The notes: generated from the letters alone by a model not told the origin. A stretch of DNA of 64,000 nucleotides from a virus (IMGVR_UViG_3300040801_004519:69231-133230), one strand, 5' to 3'; numbered from the stretch's first letter, positions 10,434 to 20,867 are shown. A program made the numbers and translations.

Positions 10434-11434
10434 ATTGTCGCCCATTAGTGAACGTTGTTGGCTGGTACAACAAGCACAACGTTGGTGATGAAAGTTATAA
10501 GTTCGCGTTTGGAAAGGTCTTTCCCAATGCGAACTTATTTTTTAGCACCTTCCCTCGACGTACAGAAGATGGCCGCATCCCCCACGCCACTATTCTTGGT
10601 GGCGGTGATGTAATGTCTTCAGAGATGCTTCGCAAGCTCCAGAATGCAGATGGAAAAAAATACATTGTATCAACATCTGCATCTAGAAGTGATCATGCGA
10701 AAGAAGAATTCGATGGGGTTGAAGCAGTCATAATACGAGACAGAGCTTCATCTAAAATCCTAAGTGATATAGGTGTTGATCATCACAGGCTCCCTGATAT
10801 TGCGTACTCGCTCTCGGCAGATGCAGTGAAGGGTAAAGACGATGTAGATGCCCTGTTCAAGCAGAACAAAAGAGATCGTTATGATAATCTTGTTACAGTT
10901 ATCATTAATGGTCATTTTCTTGCTGAAAGAGATATCCACCGGTCATTGGCTTTTGAGAAACTAGCACATGATCTGGCTTACGTTGCTGATTTTACTCGTG
11001 CTAGCTTTTTGTTCTTACCCTTTGGTTGTTCGGAGCCTTGGGACGATAGGGTGGCAGGCGGCTACGTGGCCTCGAAGGCAAAGTGGTACAAGAAAAACGT
11101 ATGCATGTATGACAAGGTTGATCCCCAGAGAGCACTCAATTTGATCAGTGCGTCAGACGCCGTGATCAGTAGCAGATTGCATTCTTCGATATTCTCACTC
11201 GTCTCAGGCGTTCCTTTTGTAGATGTTACACACAATCACAAGAACAAAGCCATGCTAGAAGATTGCGGATTGGAACATTGGTCAGAGCCGTTTATGTCAT
11301 TTGATAGGGAAAGATGCAAAAATATACTAAATGATTTTCTTTCACACAAATCTCACAGGGAAATTGCACTAAAAATTGGAGTAGAAAACGGGCAAGCTTT
11401 GCGAAAGGTTGAAGAATATGTTCATCTCGATTGA
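10415..11434 (+). CDS. polysaccharide pyruvyl transferase family protein (CsaB/WcaK-like)
   Basis: VVGWYNKHNVGDES (GxYGxxNxGDE-like), ILGGGDV, and C-terminal RLHSSIFSLVSGVPFV match the PS_pyruv_trans pattern. Confidence 0.5.
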   Translation: MDSNQVNCRPLVNVVGWYNKHNVGDESYKFAFGKVFPNANLFFSTFPRRTEDGRIPHATILGGGDVMSSEMLRKLQNADGKKYIVSTSASRSDHAKEEFDGVEAVIIRDRASSKILSDIGVDHHRLPDIAYSLSADAVKGKDDVDALFKQNKRDRYDNLVTVIINGHFLAERDIHRSLAFEKLAHDLAYVADFTRASFLFLPFGCSEPWDDRVAGGYVASKAKWYKKNVCMYDKVDPQRALNLISASDAVISSRLHSSIFSLVSGVPFVDVTHNHKNKAMLEDCGLEHWSEPFMSFDRERCKNILNDFLSHKSHREIALKIGVENGQALRKVEEYVHLD

Positions 11435-12689
11435 TCCATCAGGCTTTGTGACAAGTATCTCAGATACCGCATTTTCTGTTGCTGGTGAACGTACGATGGA
11501 GGTTCCATCTCAACCCAAGTCACGGTGGGACGGCCTAATCGGAACTAAATTCATCAACGGGGGTCTTAAAGTGAAGGTCGAATCAAAACCAGCAAATGAA
11601 CTTCGTGTCGCGATCATTTGTAACTGGAACGATAAGTGCGGCATATCTACTTACTCTGGATACTTAGTTGGTGCCATACGACCAAAAGTTAAAGAGGTTA
11701 AAGTCTTCTCCGAGATTGTAGACAAAAAAACAGCAGAAGACGAAGATTTCGTGGAAAGCTCCTGGACGCGAGGTCATTCAATGGAGAAGACGATCAAGAG
11801 CGTCCTTGATTGGAAACCAGATTATGTAATCATACAGCACGAGTTTGGAATATTCCCTAATGCTCGTCACTTCTTTAAAATGATTCAAATGCTTGATCGC
11901 ACGCCATATGCTCTTGTTATGCATAGCGTATACGAGCATCTAGACAAAGCGGTCTACGCTTCTATATCTAAGAACATCATTGTACATAGCGATGCTGCGA
12001 GTCAGGTCTTGCAGAAACTTGGGAACACGAGTAATGTTCAAGTGATTCCCCACGGATGCAAAACATTTGAAGAAGTCTCTGAGCTTTGGAATATTCTGCA
12101 CACGCCTTATTCCATATTGCAATTTGGATTTGGGTTCAAATACAAGGGCGTCGAACGGGCACTGGAAGCCTTGTCAATTCTAAAGAATAGAAACCCTGAG
12201 AAGTATAAAGACCTTTTCTACACTTTCTTGCTGAGCAGCAACCCTCATAGTGATAGAGTTCATGATGAGTATTATGAATCTATTCTTGAGCAAATTGAAA
12301 AATTAGGTCTCCAGGAAAATGCTGTAGTTTTACGAAAATACAACAGCGAGGAAACTTTGATCCTTTTCCTTCGCCTGTTCAAGGTAGCTGTTTTCCCATA
12401 TCTCGTGACCGAAGATAATCGGGTTTATGGTGCAACTGGGGCCGCAAGATTGGCAATGGCCACAGGCACGCCCACAGTCGTTTCTGAAAGCCACCTTTTT
12501 GATGACCTGACAGGTGTGTCGCCTCGCCCTTCATCGGCTGAGGAACTAGCAGATGAGTTGGGGAAGCTGTTCAACGACAGCAGGTATCGGGATGATATGA
12601 TCTCCACCCAATCGAAGTACGTCAACGAAACCACTTGGGATCGAGTTGCCGACATGTACCTCGAAGCACGGAACAATCTCGTCATTTAA
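11409..12689 (+). CDS. glycosyltransferase (GT-B fold, GT4-like) candidate
   Basis: C-terminal YGATGAARLAMATGTPTVVSE resembles the E-x-FG...EAMA-G-PV donor-binding region of GT-B enzymes. Confidence 0.4.
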   Translation: MKNMFISIDPSGFVTSISDTAFSVAGERTMEVPSQPKSRWDGLIGTKFINGGLKVKVESKPANELRVAIICNWNDKCGISTYSGYLVGAIRPKVKEVKVFSEIVDKKTAEDEDFVESSWTRGHSMEKTIKSVLDWKPDYVIIQHEFGIFPNARHFFKMIQMLDRTPYALVMHSVYEHLDKAVYASISKNIIVHSDAASQVLQKLGNTSNVQVIPHGCKTFEEVSELWNILHTPYSILQFGFGFKYKGVERALEALSILKNRNPEKYKDLFYTFLLSSNPHSDRVHDEYYESILEQIEKLGLQENAVVLRKYNSEETLILFLRLFKVAVFPYLVTEDNRVYGATGAARLAMATGTPTVVSESHLFDDLTGVSPRPSSAEELADELGKLFNDSRYRDDMISTQSKYVNETTWDRVADMYLEARNNLVI

Positions 12690-12692
12690 ATC

Positions 12693-13334
12693 TTGTCATT
12701 CCTTGATTTTCACTGGGGGCGCTTGTCAAAGAGCGTCCCCGTATTGTATATTAAGGTGATGAGTTACTTACAGCCATTAGATACTGATTTTCGGGTGAGG
12801 AACACGAACACCGTCGCAAATCATGCAAAATTTCGGGGAAAGACCAAAGACATGGATTATGTAGATGTTGAGACAGAACATGGTATAGAACGTTTCGAAA
12901 TCCCAGCAACTCATTTGTCGAATTATTGGGCAATCATGAAAGTGATGTATCTTAACGCCAATAAACCGGTCTCAATGGACAAGCTATGCGATCAAGTTGA
13001 AAAATTGATGGAAGAAGAGGGGGATTTTGCTGCTTGGACTCGATTTAAAAATAAGTCAACCGTCAAGACAACAATAAATGTAGACGTTGATGGCATTCCA
13101 ATGAAGAAAGTCATTGAAAAGAAAGCACAACCCTGGCGTAGCCGTTTAGTGAAGAATGCCAGGAACCTTTGCCGCATAGGTGGCTCTGCCGCATATGGCA
13201 CACGACTCCTAGAGCGAGGCCATGTGCTCCGATTTGAAACAACAGCAGATGGAGAATCTGCATTTACACTTTACACATACCTAGATGAACGAAACACCAA
13301 AGAACTACGCAGAGGCAGGAAACGTCGTGCCTAA
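12693..13334 (+). CDS. hypothetical protein (alternative start ATG 12759)
   Basis: 213-aa ORF. Confidence 0.4.
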   Translation: MSFLDFHWGRLSKSVPVLYIKVMSYLQPLDTDFRVRNTNTVANHAKFRGKTKDMDYVDVETEHGIERFEIPATHLSNYWAIMKVMYLNANKPVSMDKLCDQVEKLMEEEGDFAAWTRFKNKSTVKTTINVDVDGIPMKKVIEKKAQPWRSRLVKNARNLCRIGGSAAYGTRLLERGHVLRFETTADGESAFTLYTYLDERNTKELRRGRKRRA

Positions 13335-13905
13335 TTGTGATTTTGAAAAGATTTCCACAACCAGAGAATCAGAAATTCAAACTACAGGGAAGGGTACAAA
13401 AGCTTGTAGCCTGATTGTTATTGTACTATTTCTGGGCACAACTGCTGTATTCCTCGCTTCTGCGTTAGGATATGCCGTCATTCCAGAGCTTGTAACCTTT
13501 GCCATCTGTATGGTTTATGCTTTGATGGCAATATGCGTTCTACGCACTGTGTTGTTCTCGGCAATGTATGTTTTGTGCAATATTATTCTCACTTCTCTTA
13601 AGAAAGACCCTGAGATGTACTGGAGGGAAAATTATGACTCTGGTAAAAAGTTTGTTGATTCTAGAGACAAGATAGACCGCCCCTGGCTGGTTGCTTTTCG
13701 CTTTTTCTGGAAAATAGTACAAATTGCCCTAATCGGCTCTCTTATCATGATCGGACATCCAATACTTGCTGCAATTTTTGCTCTTGTATTATTGTCGAGC
13801 CACATATCAATGTTCCTTGTCATGAATCAAATAAGACAGTTCTCTTCTAGCTTTGAATCATATCGAGACAATGAGATACAGGTGATTCTTGCGAAAAAGG
13901 GCTAA
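13285..13905 (+). CDS. multi-pass membrane protein
   Basis: several long hydrophobic segments (LIVIVLFLGTTAVFLASALGYAVI, IALIGSLIMIGHPILAAIFALVLL). Confidence 0.4.
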   Translation: MNETPKNYAEAGNVVPNCDFEKISTTRESEIQTTGKGTKACSLIVIVLFLGTTAVFLASALGYAVIPELVTFAICMVYALMAICVLRTVLFSAMYVLCNIILTSLKKDPEMYWRENYDSGKKFVDSRDKIDRPWLVAFRFFWKIVQIALIGSLIMIGHPILAAIFALVLLSSHISMFLVMNQIRQFSSSFESYRDNEIQVILAKKG

Positions 13906-13953
13906 TATCGTGAAAAGCTCATTTGGCCATATCTGTTCTCCCGATAGAATGGT

Positions 13954-15078
13954 ATGGCCGAGCTTATCGTACAGTCACGTAAAATTGACAAGGTTATTGA
14001 TCATCCCAACGCTGATCGTTTAGATTTAGCCAAAATTGGGGGATGGTCCTGCGCCGTCCCAAAGGGGAGTTATCAAGCTGGTGACCTCATTGTGTATATA
14101 CCACCGGATAGCCTCGTTCCTGAGAGCTTATCAGATGAGTTCGGCTTCACCAAGTATTTGTCAAATGGTCGCGTCCGTGCGCAAAAACTTCGTGGATACC
14201 CTTCTTACGGTGTGATTGTTCCAAATAAATGGAACTTCTCGGAAGGCGAAAACGTTGCTTCTGCCCTTGGAATTACGAAGTATGAGCCTCCAGCAAGAAA
14301 TGTTGGTTCACGATCTGGATCGAGTGGTCACCTTCCAGATCATCCAAAACTTCCGAAGTACACCAGCATCGAGAATCTTCGACACTATGACACAGTGTTT
14401 GAAGATGGCGAGGAAGTGGTTGTTACGGAGAAAATTCATGGTACAAACAGCCGCGTAGCCATGATCGATGGAACTTTGATGGCTGGTTCAAGGCGGCTGC
14501 TTTGGAAGTTCCCAACCAAAAAAGTTAAGAAGGAAGTTTCATTCCTCAAAAGTCTGTTATTGAAGATTCTTGGGAAACCACATCCAACGGTAGATGTCGA
14601 TGATGTTGGTGCTGCCAAGCAAAGCTGGGTATGGTCCCCCGTAACAAATGACAACGTGTTGAATCTCCTTTACTCGAAAGGGTCGAATGGTGGCTCTGAC
14701 ATCATACTCTTCGGTGAAGTTTACGGAAGTTCGGTCCAAAGAGGCGTTTCTTATGGTGAAAAGAACTCGTTAGGTTATCGTGCTTTTGATGCAATGGTGA
14801 ATGGACAATACTTAGATTATGATGATTTTCGTTCACTATGCGATGATTTTGATGTTGAAACCGCGCCCTTGCTCTATCGTGGCCCCTTCTCCCTTGAAAA
14901 GATAGAAGAGCTTTCTCATGGAGATACTACCATCGGAAATGACAAGCACATACGAGAAGGTGTAGTTGTTCGACCAGTATCTGAGAGGCATAGCGATCAA
15001 GTCGGAAGAGTCATAATGAAGTATGTAAGCGACGAATACCTACAAAGCAAAAACATTGGTGATTTTGAAGACAATTAG
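13954..15078 (+). CDS. ATP-dependent RNA ligase, Rnl2/Rnl5-like nucleotidyltransferase with N-terminal extension
   Basis: Motif I EKIHGTN (lysine-adenylate motif in the KIHGTN form seen in T4 Rnl2 and RNA-editing ligases); downstream ILFGEVYG (motif IV-like) and REGVVVRP; about 150 aa N-terminal to motif I as in DraRnl/Rnl5. Confidence 0.6.
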   Translation: MAELIVQSRKIDKVIDHPNADRLDLAKIGGWSCAVPKGSYQAGDLIVYIPPDSLVPESLSDEFGFTKYLSNGRVRAQKLRGYPSYGVIVPNKWNFSEGENVASALGITKYEPPARNVGSRSGSSGHLPDHPKLPKYTSIENLRHYDTVFEDGEEVVVTEKIHGTNSRVAMIDGTLMAGSRRLLWKFPTKKVKKEVSFLKSLLLKILGKPHPTVDVDDVGAAKQSWVWSPVTNDNVLNLLYSKGSNGGSDIILFGEVYGSSVQRGVSYGEKNSLGYRAFDAMVNGQYLDYDDFRSLCDDFDVETAPLLYRGPFSLEKIEELSHGDTTIGNDKHIREGVVVRPVSERHSDQVGRVIMKYVSDEYLQSKNIGDFEDN

Positions 15079-15169
15079 ATGAAAATAAAAGACAAACTTT
15101 ATCTGATGTCCCACTTTTCTTTTTCCTAAAGTGATAATTTTGAAGTCATTTTAGCTGGATAGGAAACTA

Positions 15170-15406
15170 ATGAAACATCCAGAAGATCGATGGTTCCAAG
15201 AAGAGCTTCAGGAGTATCTCGATCTTACAGAGTCTGAGGGGAGCCGTGTACATCGTTACGCCGCTCCCCTTGGTGATTTGATACATGGCTATTTCAAGGA
15301 AGCCAGCAAGCCCTGGTGGAAGCGTTTATTTACAAAAAATAGAATTCAGTTTTACATTGATGCTCTTAATGAGAAAGAAATACAATGGCATGTCAGGATA
15401 AAGTAA
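15170..15406 (+). CDS. hypothetical protein
   Basis: 78-aa ORF. Confidence 0.3.
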   Translation: MKHPEDRWFQEELQEYLDLTESEGSRVHRYAAPLGDLIHGYFKEASKPWWKRLFTKNRIQFYIDALNEKEIQWHVRIK

Positions 15407-15948
15407 GGCGTATCAACCTATTCGGGGGACCGGGTTCTGGTAAAAGCACAACAGCGGCTAAATTGTTTTCTGACCTCAAAGTTAGGGGCTACTCGGTTGA
15501 ACTCGTAAGCGAATTTGTCAAGGTGGATGTTTATTCTGGAAGAAGCATAGAGGGACCATACCAAGTATATGCTTTTGGGAACCAGATGAATGCAGAAGAT
15601 GTTTTTCTCAAGAACAATGTAGACCTTGTGGTTTCGGATAGCCCACTCGTTCTTCAGGCTTACTACTCAAAGCAAAGAGGTGAGTCATTTTGGACAAACA
15701 TACTCGACCTTTCAAATTATTTTGAGACTGTATACCCATCTATTAACCTCTTTCTTAAGAGGGATGGGATTCCTTACGTTGAAGAAGGAAGATATCAAGA
15801 CCTTAATCAAGCAGTAGTTGTTGATCGAGAAATACAGTCATTGCTTGATGAATCATGTGTGAATTACTCGTGCGTTGCGACTACAGATTATGATTCAGTA
15901 CTTGATTTAGTTTGTACAGCGATAGAAGATGGAAGATCAGCGTCGTGA
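15385..15948 (+). CDS. P-loop NTPase/kinase (AAA_33-like; possible polynucleotide or nucleoside kinase)
   Basis: Walker A LFGGPGSGKST at the N-terminus; 187 aa; sits directly after the RNA ligase. Confidence 0.45.
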   Translation: MACQDKVRRINLFGGPGSGKSTTAAKLFSDLKVRGYSVELVSEFVKVDVYSGRSIEGPYQVYAFGNQMNAEDVFLKNNVDLVVSDSPLVLQAYYSKQRGESFWTNILDLSNYFETVYPSINLFLKRDGIPYVEEGRYQDLNQAVVVDREIQSLLDESCVNYSCVATTDYDSVLDLVCTAIEDGRSAS

Positions 15949-16228
15949 AATTCGTGTCAGGGTAATTCTGCAACAGCCGTTTCAGGCAAGTATGATTGCT
16001 CTAGCTCAAGCATGTAACGTGTTATGTTATAATCTTGTTAGCGGATCAACTTCGGATGGCATCGCGGAGATTTCTGTTCCCTACGACAAATTTATTGCTG
16101 CATTCGGGAGCAGGGTTGAAAGGGATACGTTAACGATCCCAAGCCCCATGAAGTCTTTTGCAAAATCAATGAAAGGTCTTGGTGAAAGAGTTGTAACCGT
16201 ATCTCACCATGCCCAAGCGTCTTCGTAA
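15929..16228 (+). CDS. hypothetical protein
   Basis: 99-aa ORF. Confidence 0.25.
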   Translation: MEDQRREIRVRVILQQPFQASMIALAQACNVLCYNLVSGSTSDGIAEISVPYDKFIAAFGSRVERDTLTIPSPMKSFAKSMKGLGERVVTVSHHAQASS

Positions 16229-16553
16229 GCGCCGTTTATCTTTGTATGAAGAGCACAATGGAAAGTGCTTCTGGTGTAACTGTCAAACTATATTCCCCGT
16301 GGCCGGTAGCGACAATCAGCCAAGTGGCGACTACATGGCAACTGTCGAACACCTTAGAAGTAAATTTCATCCAGAACGCACTGACCCAAATCATCAAAAT
16401 GAAACGCGACTGGTCCTCGCTTGCCTTAAATGCAACTCTTTGCGTTCCTGGATGGAAGATAGAATGGTTAGAGGCCTCCAAGTCAATATTCATATAGACT
16501 CAATCTCTTCGAAGCAGCCGAAAATAAGGAAGAGAAAATTCGTGGATTGGTAA
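16209..16553 (+). CDS. HNH endonuclease
   Basis: CFWCNCQ...VEHLRSKFHPERTDPNHQNETRLVLACLKCNS (His-Asn-His with flanking Cys pairs). Confidence 0.55.
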   Translation: MPKRLRKRRLSLYEEHNGKCFWCNCQTIFPVAGSDNQPSGDYMATVEHLRSKFHPERTDPNHQNETRLVLACLKCNSLRSWMEDRMVRGLQVNIHIDSISSKQPKIRKRKFVDW

Positions 16554-16586
16554 TTTTCGTGAACCCTCGTTGTCGATACATCCTGT

Positions 16587-17141
16587 ATGAATAACCCATG
16601 GGAATCAGATTTATTCCGACATGAGGTCTTTGAACTTATGAAGTCAATAGGTTGCAAAGACATTGGTATCACTAATAATCCTCATTCAAATCTCGCACAC
16701 GCGACAGCAAGTTACGGCGGAAGAGAAGTAGTGTTTCGTGCATCGGTTCACCACCTTTGGGGGTCCAACGAGACTATTGGGGATTCTGATTCTTGGTCTG
16801 ATCGTCAATTTCCTATGACGACGTTTCCCCTACCACTCCCTATTCACGGGGAACCAGCGGCCAAATTCACCCATCATCTATGCCTTGGCTCTGATCTGAA
16901 AAGGGCCATCATCGTTGCCGATTCAACAGTAAGCTCGACTGAAGACAGAACTACACGATGGGTGGACGAGGGTGAAGAGCAAAGTCTAGTTCATGATGCA
17001 AACATTCTTCGGTATGCACCAAAGCTTATGTTCTTTTACAAAACTGATACAAGTTGGTCTAACGACAAGATGAACTCTTGGAAGAAACCAGCTTCAGTTC
17101 CAATGGATATCAACGAATATCTAGAAAGCTTGTCAAAATGA
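16587..17141 (+). CDS. hypothetical protein
   Basis: 184-aa ORF. Confidence 0.35.
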   Translation: MNNPWESDLFRHEVFELMKSIGCKDIGITNNPHSNLAHATASYGGREVVFRASVHHLWGSNETIGDSDSWSDRQFPMTTFPLPLPIHGEPAAKFTHHLCLGSDLKRAIIVADSTVSSTEDRTTRWVDEGEEQSLVHDANILRYAPKLMFFYKTDTSWSNDKMNSWKKPASVPMDINEYLESLSK

Positions 17142-17701
17142 GGTTGTTCATTGATTTAGATGGCGTTGTCGGAGATTGGGTAGGTCAGGCTTGCAAAACA
17201 TTTAAGATTGATAGGACTGATCCAGCCGTTCACGATTTACTTAAGCACGAATTGGGAATTCGAAGACTCATTGATGATCGTGATATGTGGAAGACTATAA
17301 ATAGCCTAGGGGCAAAGTGGTGGGACGACATCCAACTCTTTCCGTGGTCTCACACGCTTGTTTCTCGATTGAAAGAAGTAGGTAATGTTTGCTTTTTAAC
17401 AAGTCCCAGCTTTAGTGCAAGCGCAGCAGCAGGAAAAATGACTTGGTTGCCTCGCAACTTCCCTAATACCCCGTTCATTATTACAAGATATAAAGAATTT
17501 TGTGCTGGTCCAGATTCAATCCTAATTGATGACCATGTAAGTAATATTGAAAGGTTTGAAGCTGCTGGTGGTCATGGCTTCCACTTTCCTAATTCTGAAC
17601 ATCTGCTCAATCCCCAAACCGATCTAAAGATCGAGCATGTGATTGATTCTATCCTTAATGATATTCGTGAAATATCATCCTCTCAAAAGATAACTACCTG
17701 A
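17138..17701 (+). CDS. HAD-superfamily 5'(3')-deoxyribonucleotidase-like phosphatase
   Basis: MRLFIDLDGVVGDW (DxDGV motif I of HAD/NT5C); start placed at in-frame ATG 17138. Confidence 0.55.
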   Translation: MRLFIDLDGVVGDWVGQACKTFKIDRTDPAVHDLLKHELGIRRLIDDRDMWKTINSLGAKWWDDIQLFPWSHTLVSRLKEVGNVCFLTSPSFSASAAAGKMTWLPRNFPNTPFIITRYKEFCAGPDSILIDDHVSNIERFEAAGGHGFHFPNSEHLLNPQTDLKIEHVIDSILNDIREISSSQKITT

Positions 17702-17898
17702 TGATTGCTTTCTTAGTCGTCACAGTATATCACGCATTTTTCTGTTTTCTATTCCTTGCTTCTGCATTTCAGATTGCAAGCTGGATCAAGCAAAAGAGCT
17801 TTCTTCCGTTTGAGGAACTTTGGGCAGAGATGAAGTATGCAATGATTTTTGCAGTCATAATTGGAATTCCCCTTAACCTTTTATTTGGGAACTACTAA
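17701..17898 (+). CDS. small membrane protein
   Basis: 65 aa, two hydrophobic helices. Confidence 0.3.
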   Translation: MIAFLVVTVYHAFFCFLFLASAFQIASWIKQKSFLPFEELWAEMKYAMIFAVIIGIPLNLLFGNY

Positions 17899-17899
17899 C

Positions 17900-18181
17900 A
17901 TGTTTGAAAAATTCAAAAAGAAGCCCGTTACTATTGAAGCTGTTCAACTAACACTAGAGAATGCTGCTGATGTCGCTGTTGAATGCGGATTTGCCATTTG
18001 CAGTGTTGATGGAGATGGTGTTCCAAATACAGATAGCGGCAAGATGGAGGTCTATATAGATACACTTGAAGGGACCATGACCGGAATCGAATCAGATTGG
18101 ATCATTCGGGGTTTAAAGGGAGAATACTACCCATGCAAAGACGATATCTTCAAGCAATCCTACGACGAGGTTGAACAATAA
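17900..18181 (+). CDS. hypothetical protein
   Basis: in-frame ATG 17900 right after the previous stop. Confidence 0.35.
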   Translation: MFEKFKKKPVTIEAVQLTLENAADVAVECGFAICSVDGDGVPNTDSGKMEVYIDTLEGTMTGIESDWIIRGLKGEYYPCKDDIFKQSYDEVEQ

Positions 18182-18705
18182 TGTTCATTGAAAGTCGAAG
18201 GGTTAAAATAAGTCTTACACAAGAAGAGTATGATTTCTCTGCCTCGATTGCGAAACAAAGAGGAGCAAAGGAGTCTCGTTTTGGGGCAATGACTTACGGC
18301 AATAAGAGGGGCGGTATCGAAGCCCACATGCTAGGCGTTATACCGGAAATGGCTGTTGCCAAGCTTCTTGGTTGCGAAATTGACACTGAAGTATTTGACA
18401 GCCACGGAGACAATGGAATTGACCTTCAGTCTAAGCGGCATGGCAAGATCGGTGTAAAAAACACTACTTATAAGAATGATCCATTCCTTAGAGTCGAGGC
18501 TGAACACTTCCACGATAATATTGATATATACATTTTATGTTCGTATGACATGAATCCTCACAACGTTGTAAATTTGATTGGGTATGCTAAAAAGGAAGAA
18601 GTTATAGAAGCTGAAAAGCGAGTCTTTGTTGATGGTGGACCTCTTAACTATGTGCTAGAAGAGCAAGATTTACATCCTATCTCTGACCTGACAAATTTCT
18701 CCTAA
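18181..18705 (+). CDS. hypothetical protein
   Basis: 174-aa ORF, ATGA-coupled. Confidence 0.4.
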   Translation: MFIESRRVKISLTQEEYDFSASIAKQRGAKESRFGAMTYGNKRGGIEAHMLGVIPEMAVAKLLGCEIDTEVFDSHGDNGIDLQSKRHGKIGVKNTTYKNDPFLRVEAEHFHDNIDIYILCSYDMNPHNVVNLIGYAKKEEVIEAEKRVFVDGGPLNYVLEEQDLHPISDLTNFS

Positions 18706-18822
18706 AGGATTACACGAGGATTACCGATAGATTACACATGCGTGGTGAACGCATTTGCTTTGTTGCAAGAACCCCACAGTGGGGATCACAGTAGAAGAAG
18801 AAGTAGTAGAAAAGGATTTATT

Positions 18823-19746
18823 ATGTCCACAACGGATAAAATTGCGCAAGTTCTTGCGCTCATTTCGCAGCACAATGATGCTGTAGACGAAGACGGCTCT
18901 AAGGTTGACAGTGACCGTTTTATAAAGAAACTCAAGGATATCGGTGGGACCACAGAAGCGGCTCGTGCTGAAGTTACTTGGGAAGATTTGGAAGATTGCG
19001 GCCTTCCGAGAATTCTCGCCCGCAAAGCTGCCGCAATCTTTAGGCAGCACTCATCAACCGGCGAATTAAGCAAATCTAAATTTGTATCTTCAAAACAAGC
19101 AGAGCGAATGAATGTTCGTGAGCTTGTAGAAGCTTATGATCCTAAAGATCGCGATAGAAGTAGTGCGATAGAGCATGTATTGCTTGCTCGAATAGGTGAA
19201 GATCGACCAGTTCTAGTGTTTTCAGATGATGGCTCAGTTGATGTCGAATCAACTGTGATGTTAATCAATGAGGCTAGAGACGGGTACAGGCCTAGAAAGA
19301 CTGTTGTCGTCAATGACAAACCTCTAGCAGTTTATAAGCTCGGTTCCCGTCCTGACATGACTGTTGACGAGAACCCTCTGTACCCTGGGATGGCGCTTCG
19401 ACCTGACCAGACTTGCCAGAACACAAACCGGTCTTGGAAAAATATATCCAGGACAGTTCGCCAACTGTTATATATTGCGAACTCTCTTACTCATGAGTGG
19501 AGAGATAAAACAAACCTTCGACCTACTGTTTTTGTCAGGGACATCCATGATCTCTTTGACATGATGGAGCTAGCAGGCGATAACTTGGAGGCAAAGCTGA
19601 GGCTTAGGTACCCTAAGGCATCTATCATGTTAGATGAACTAGCTTCCCAGGGCAACACACCTTCGCTTAAGATTGCTTTACGTGAGGCGAATGCTGAAGT
19701 GCGTGAACAACAAGACCCATTCTTTTCTGGCCACAGGAGACATTGA
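18823..19746 (+). CDS. hypothetical protein
   Basis: start moved to ATG 18823 (MSTTDKIAQ) preceded by AAAAGGA. Confidence 0.4.
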   Translation: MSTTDKIAQVLALISQHNDAVDEDGSKVDSDRFIKKLKDIGGTTEAARAEVTWEDLEDCGLPRILARKAAAIFRQHSSTGELSKSKFVSSKQAERMNVRELVEAYDPKDRDRSSAIEHVLLARIGEDRPVLVFSDDGSVDVESTVMLINEARDGYRPRKTVVVNDKPLAVYKLGSRPDMTVDENPLYPGMALRPDQTCQNTNRSWKNISRTVRQLLYIANSLTHEWRDKTNLRPTVFVRDIHDLFDMMELAGDNLEAKLRLRYPKASIMLDELASQGNTPSLKIALREANAEVREQQDPFFSGHRRH

Positions 19747-19747
19747 T

Positions 19748-20770
19748 ATGACTTACTCAAACACAAAAATGAACGTAAATGGATTGGCATGTACCCTAAA
19801 CATGCCAAATGCACTCAAGACTAGAAAAGATGCAGATGGGAATGAAATTTCACAGGGGCTACCCCCATATGCCCCTCGATCTGCTTATGTAGTAGATGAG
19901 TACGAAAGCTGCCCAGACAACTGGATGCATGGCAACAGTAAGTCTAGTAGCTACTTTGTTGGCATTGAGGAAGGAAAGGGCATGTGGCTTGACTTCAACC
20001 AGTGCAATAACGACGAATATGATGTTGCTGCGGTCATATCGATTCAAGGTGTAAATAGCATCACCGGACAAAAGACTGACAACCTCGGTTTGGAAAAATA
20101 TGAGTCTAATTGCCCCATCCATAACGAGGAGTTTGGGCAAGACCGATTCTGTTCCAAATGCAAGTTTAAGTGGCCAGCACAGAACTATCTATCTACAACT
20201 GGTACTCCACATAATAGCTTCTGGTTAGATGGATTTCGAACGCCGGATGGAAAAGTTAGGCAATACATTTTTACGGAGGAGCAGGCTCGTGGAGTAGCTG
20301 CAAATACAATTGGTGAAGATCGCGTTTTCGCCATTGGAATTGCTTTTTATAGGAGCAAGTCAAAAAAGAAGAATGTACCTTATCTTTCTAGAAGTTACCC
20401 ACTATACTCAAAGGATATTAAATGGAATAATGAAGTACAACCTTGGTCAACACAAGATAGCTACTGCGTGCCGTGCTCTGCTGCTTCTGCTACGCTAAGT
20501 TATAACAGTGAATCACCAAGCACATCTGGTGTCATGAGAGCATCAACTACTAGGTCAATTGAACCAAAGAAGCTTGAGGTTGCGGCTGGTGCCCAAATTA
20601 CTCAAGAGGTTCATTCTGATCCAGAAAATCTAGATTACTGGAACGAAGAGCCAGCAGGTTTCATATACATCAACTATTGCTCTCAAGATGATGTTGAGAA
20701 AATTACATCTCAGGGTAAGCGAGAGGAAATTGTAGATGGATTCTTAGCTGGCATTCCCACAGGTAATTGA
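19748..20770 (+). CDS. hypothetical Cys-rich protein
   Basis: start moved to ATG 19748 (MTYSNTKMN); several CxxC pairs. Confidence 0.4.
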   Translation: MTYSNTKMNVNGLACTLNMPNALKTRKDADGNEISQGLPPYAPRSAYVVDEYESCPDNWMHGNSKSSSYFVGIEEGKGMWLDFNQCNNDEYDVAAVISIQGVNSITGQKTDNLGLEKYESNCPIHNEEFGQDRFCSKCKFKWPAQNYLSTTGTPHNSFWLDGFRTPDGKVRQYIFTEEQARGVAANTIGEDRVFAIGIAFYRSKSKKKNVPYLSRSYPLYSKDIKWNNEVQPWSTQDSYCVPCSAASATLSYNSESPSTSGVMRASTTRSIEPKKLEVAAGAQITQEVHSDPENLDYWNEEPAGFIYINYCSQDDVEKITSQGKREEIVDGFLAGIPTGN

Positions 20771-20867
20771 GAAAATATCGAGTTTTACGAGGGTGGCCTA
20801 TCTACGGATGGTCCACCCTCTTTTCGTGAATAGCTGGAAAAACACTTGTCCTGATGACGATAAACTA

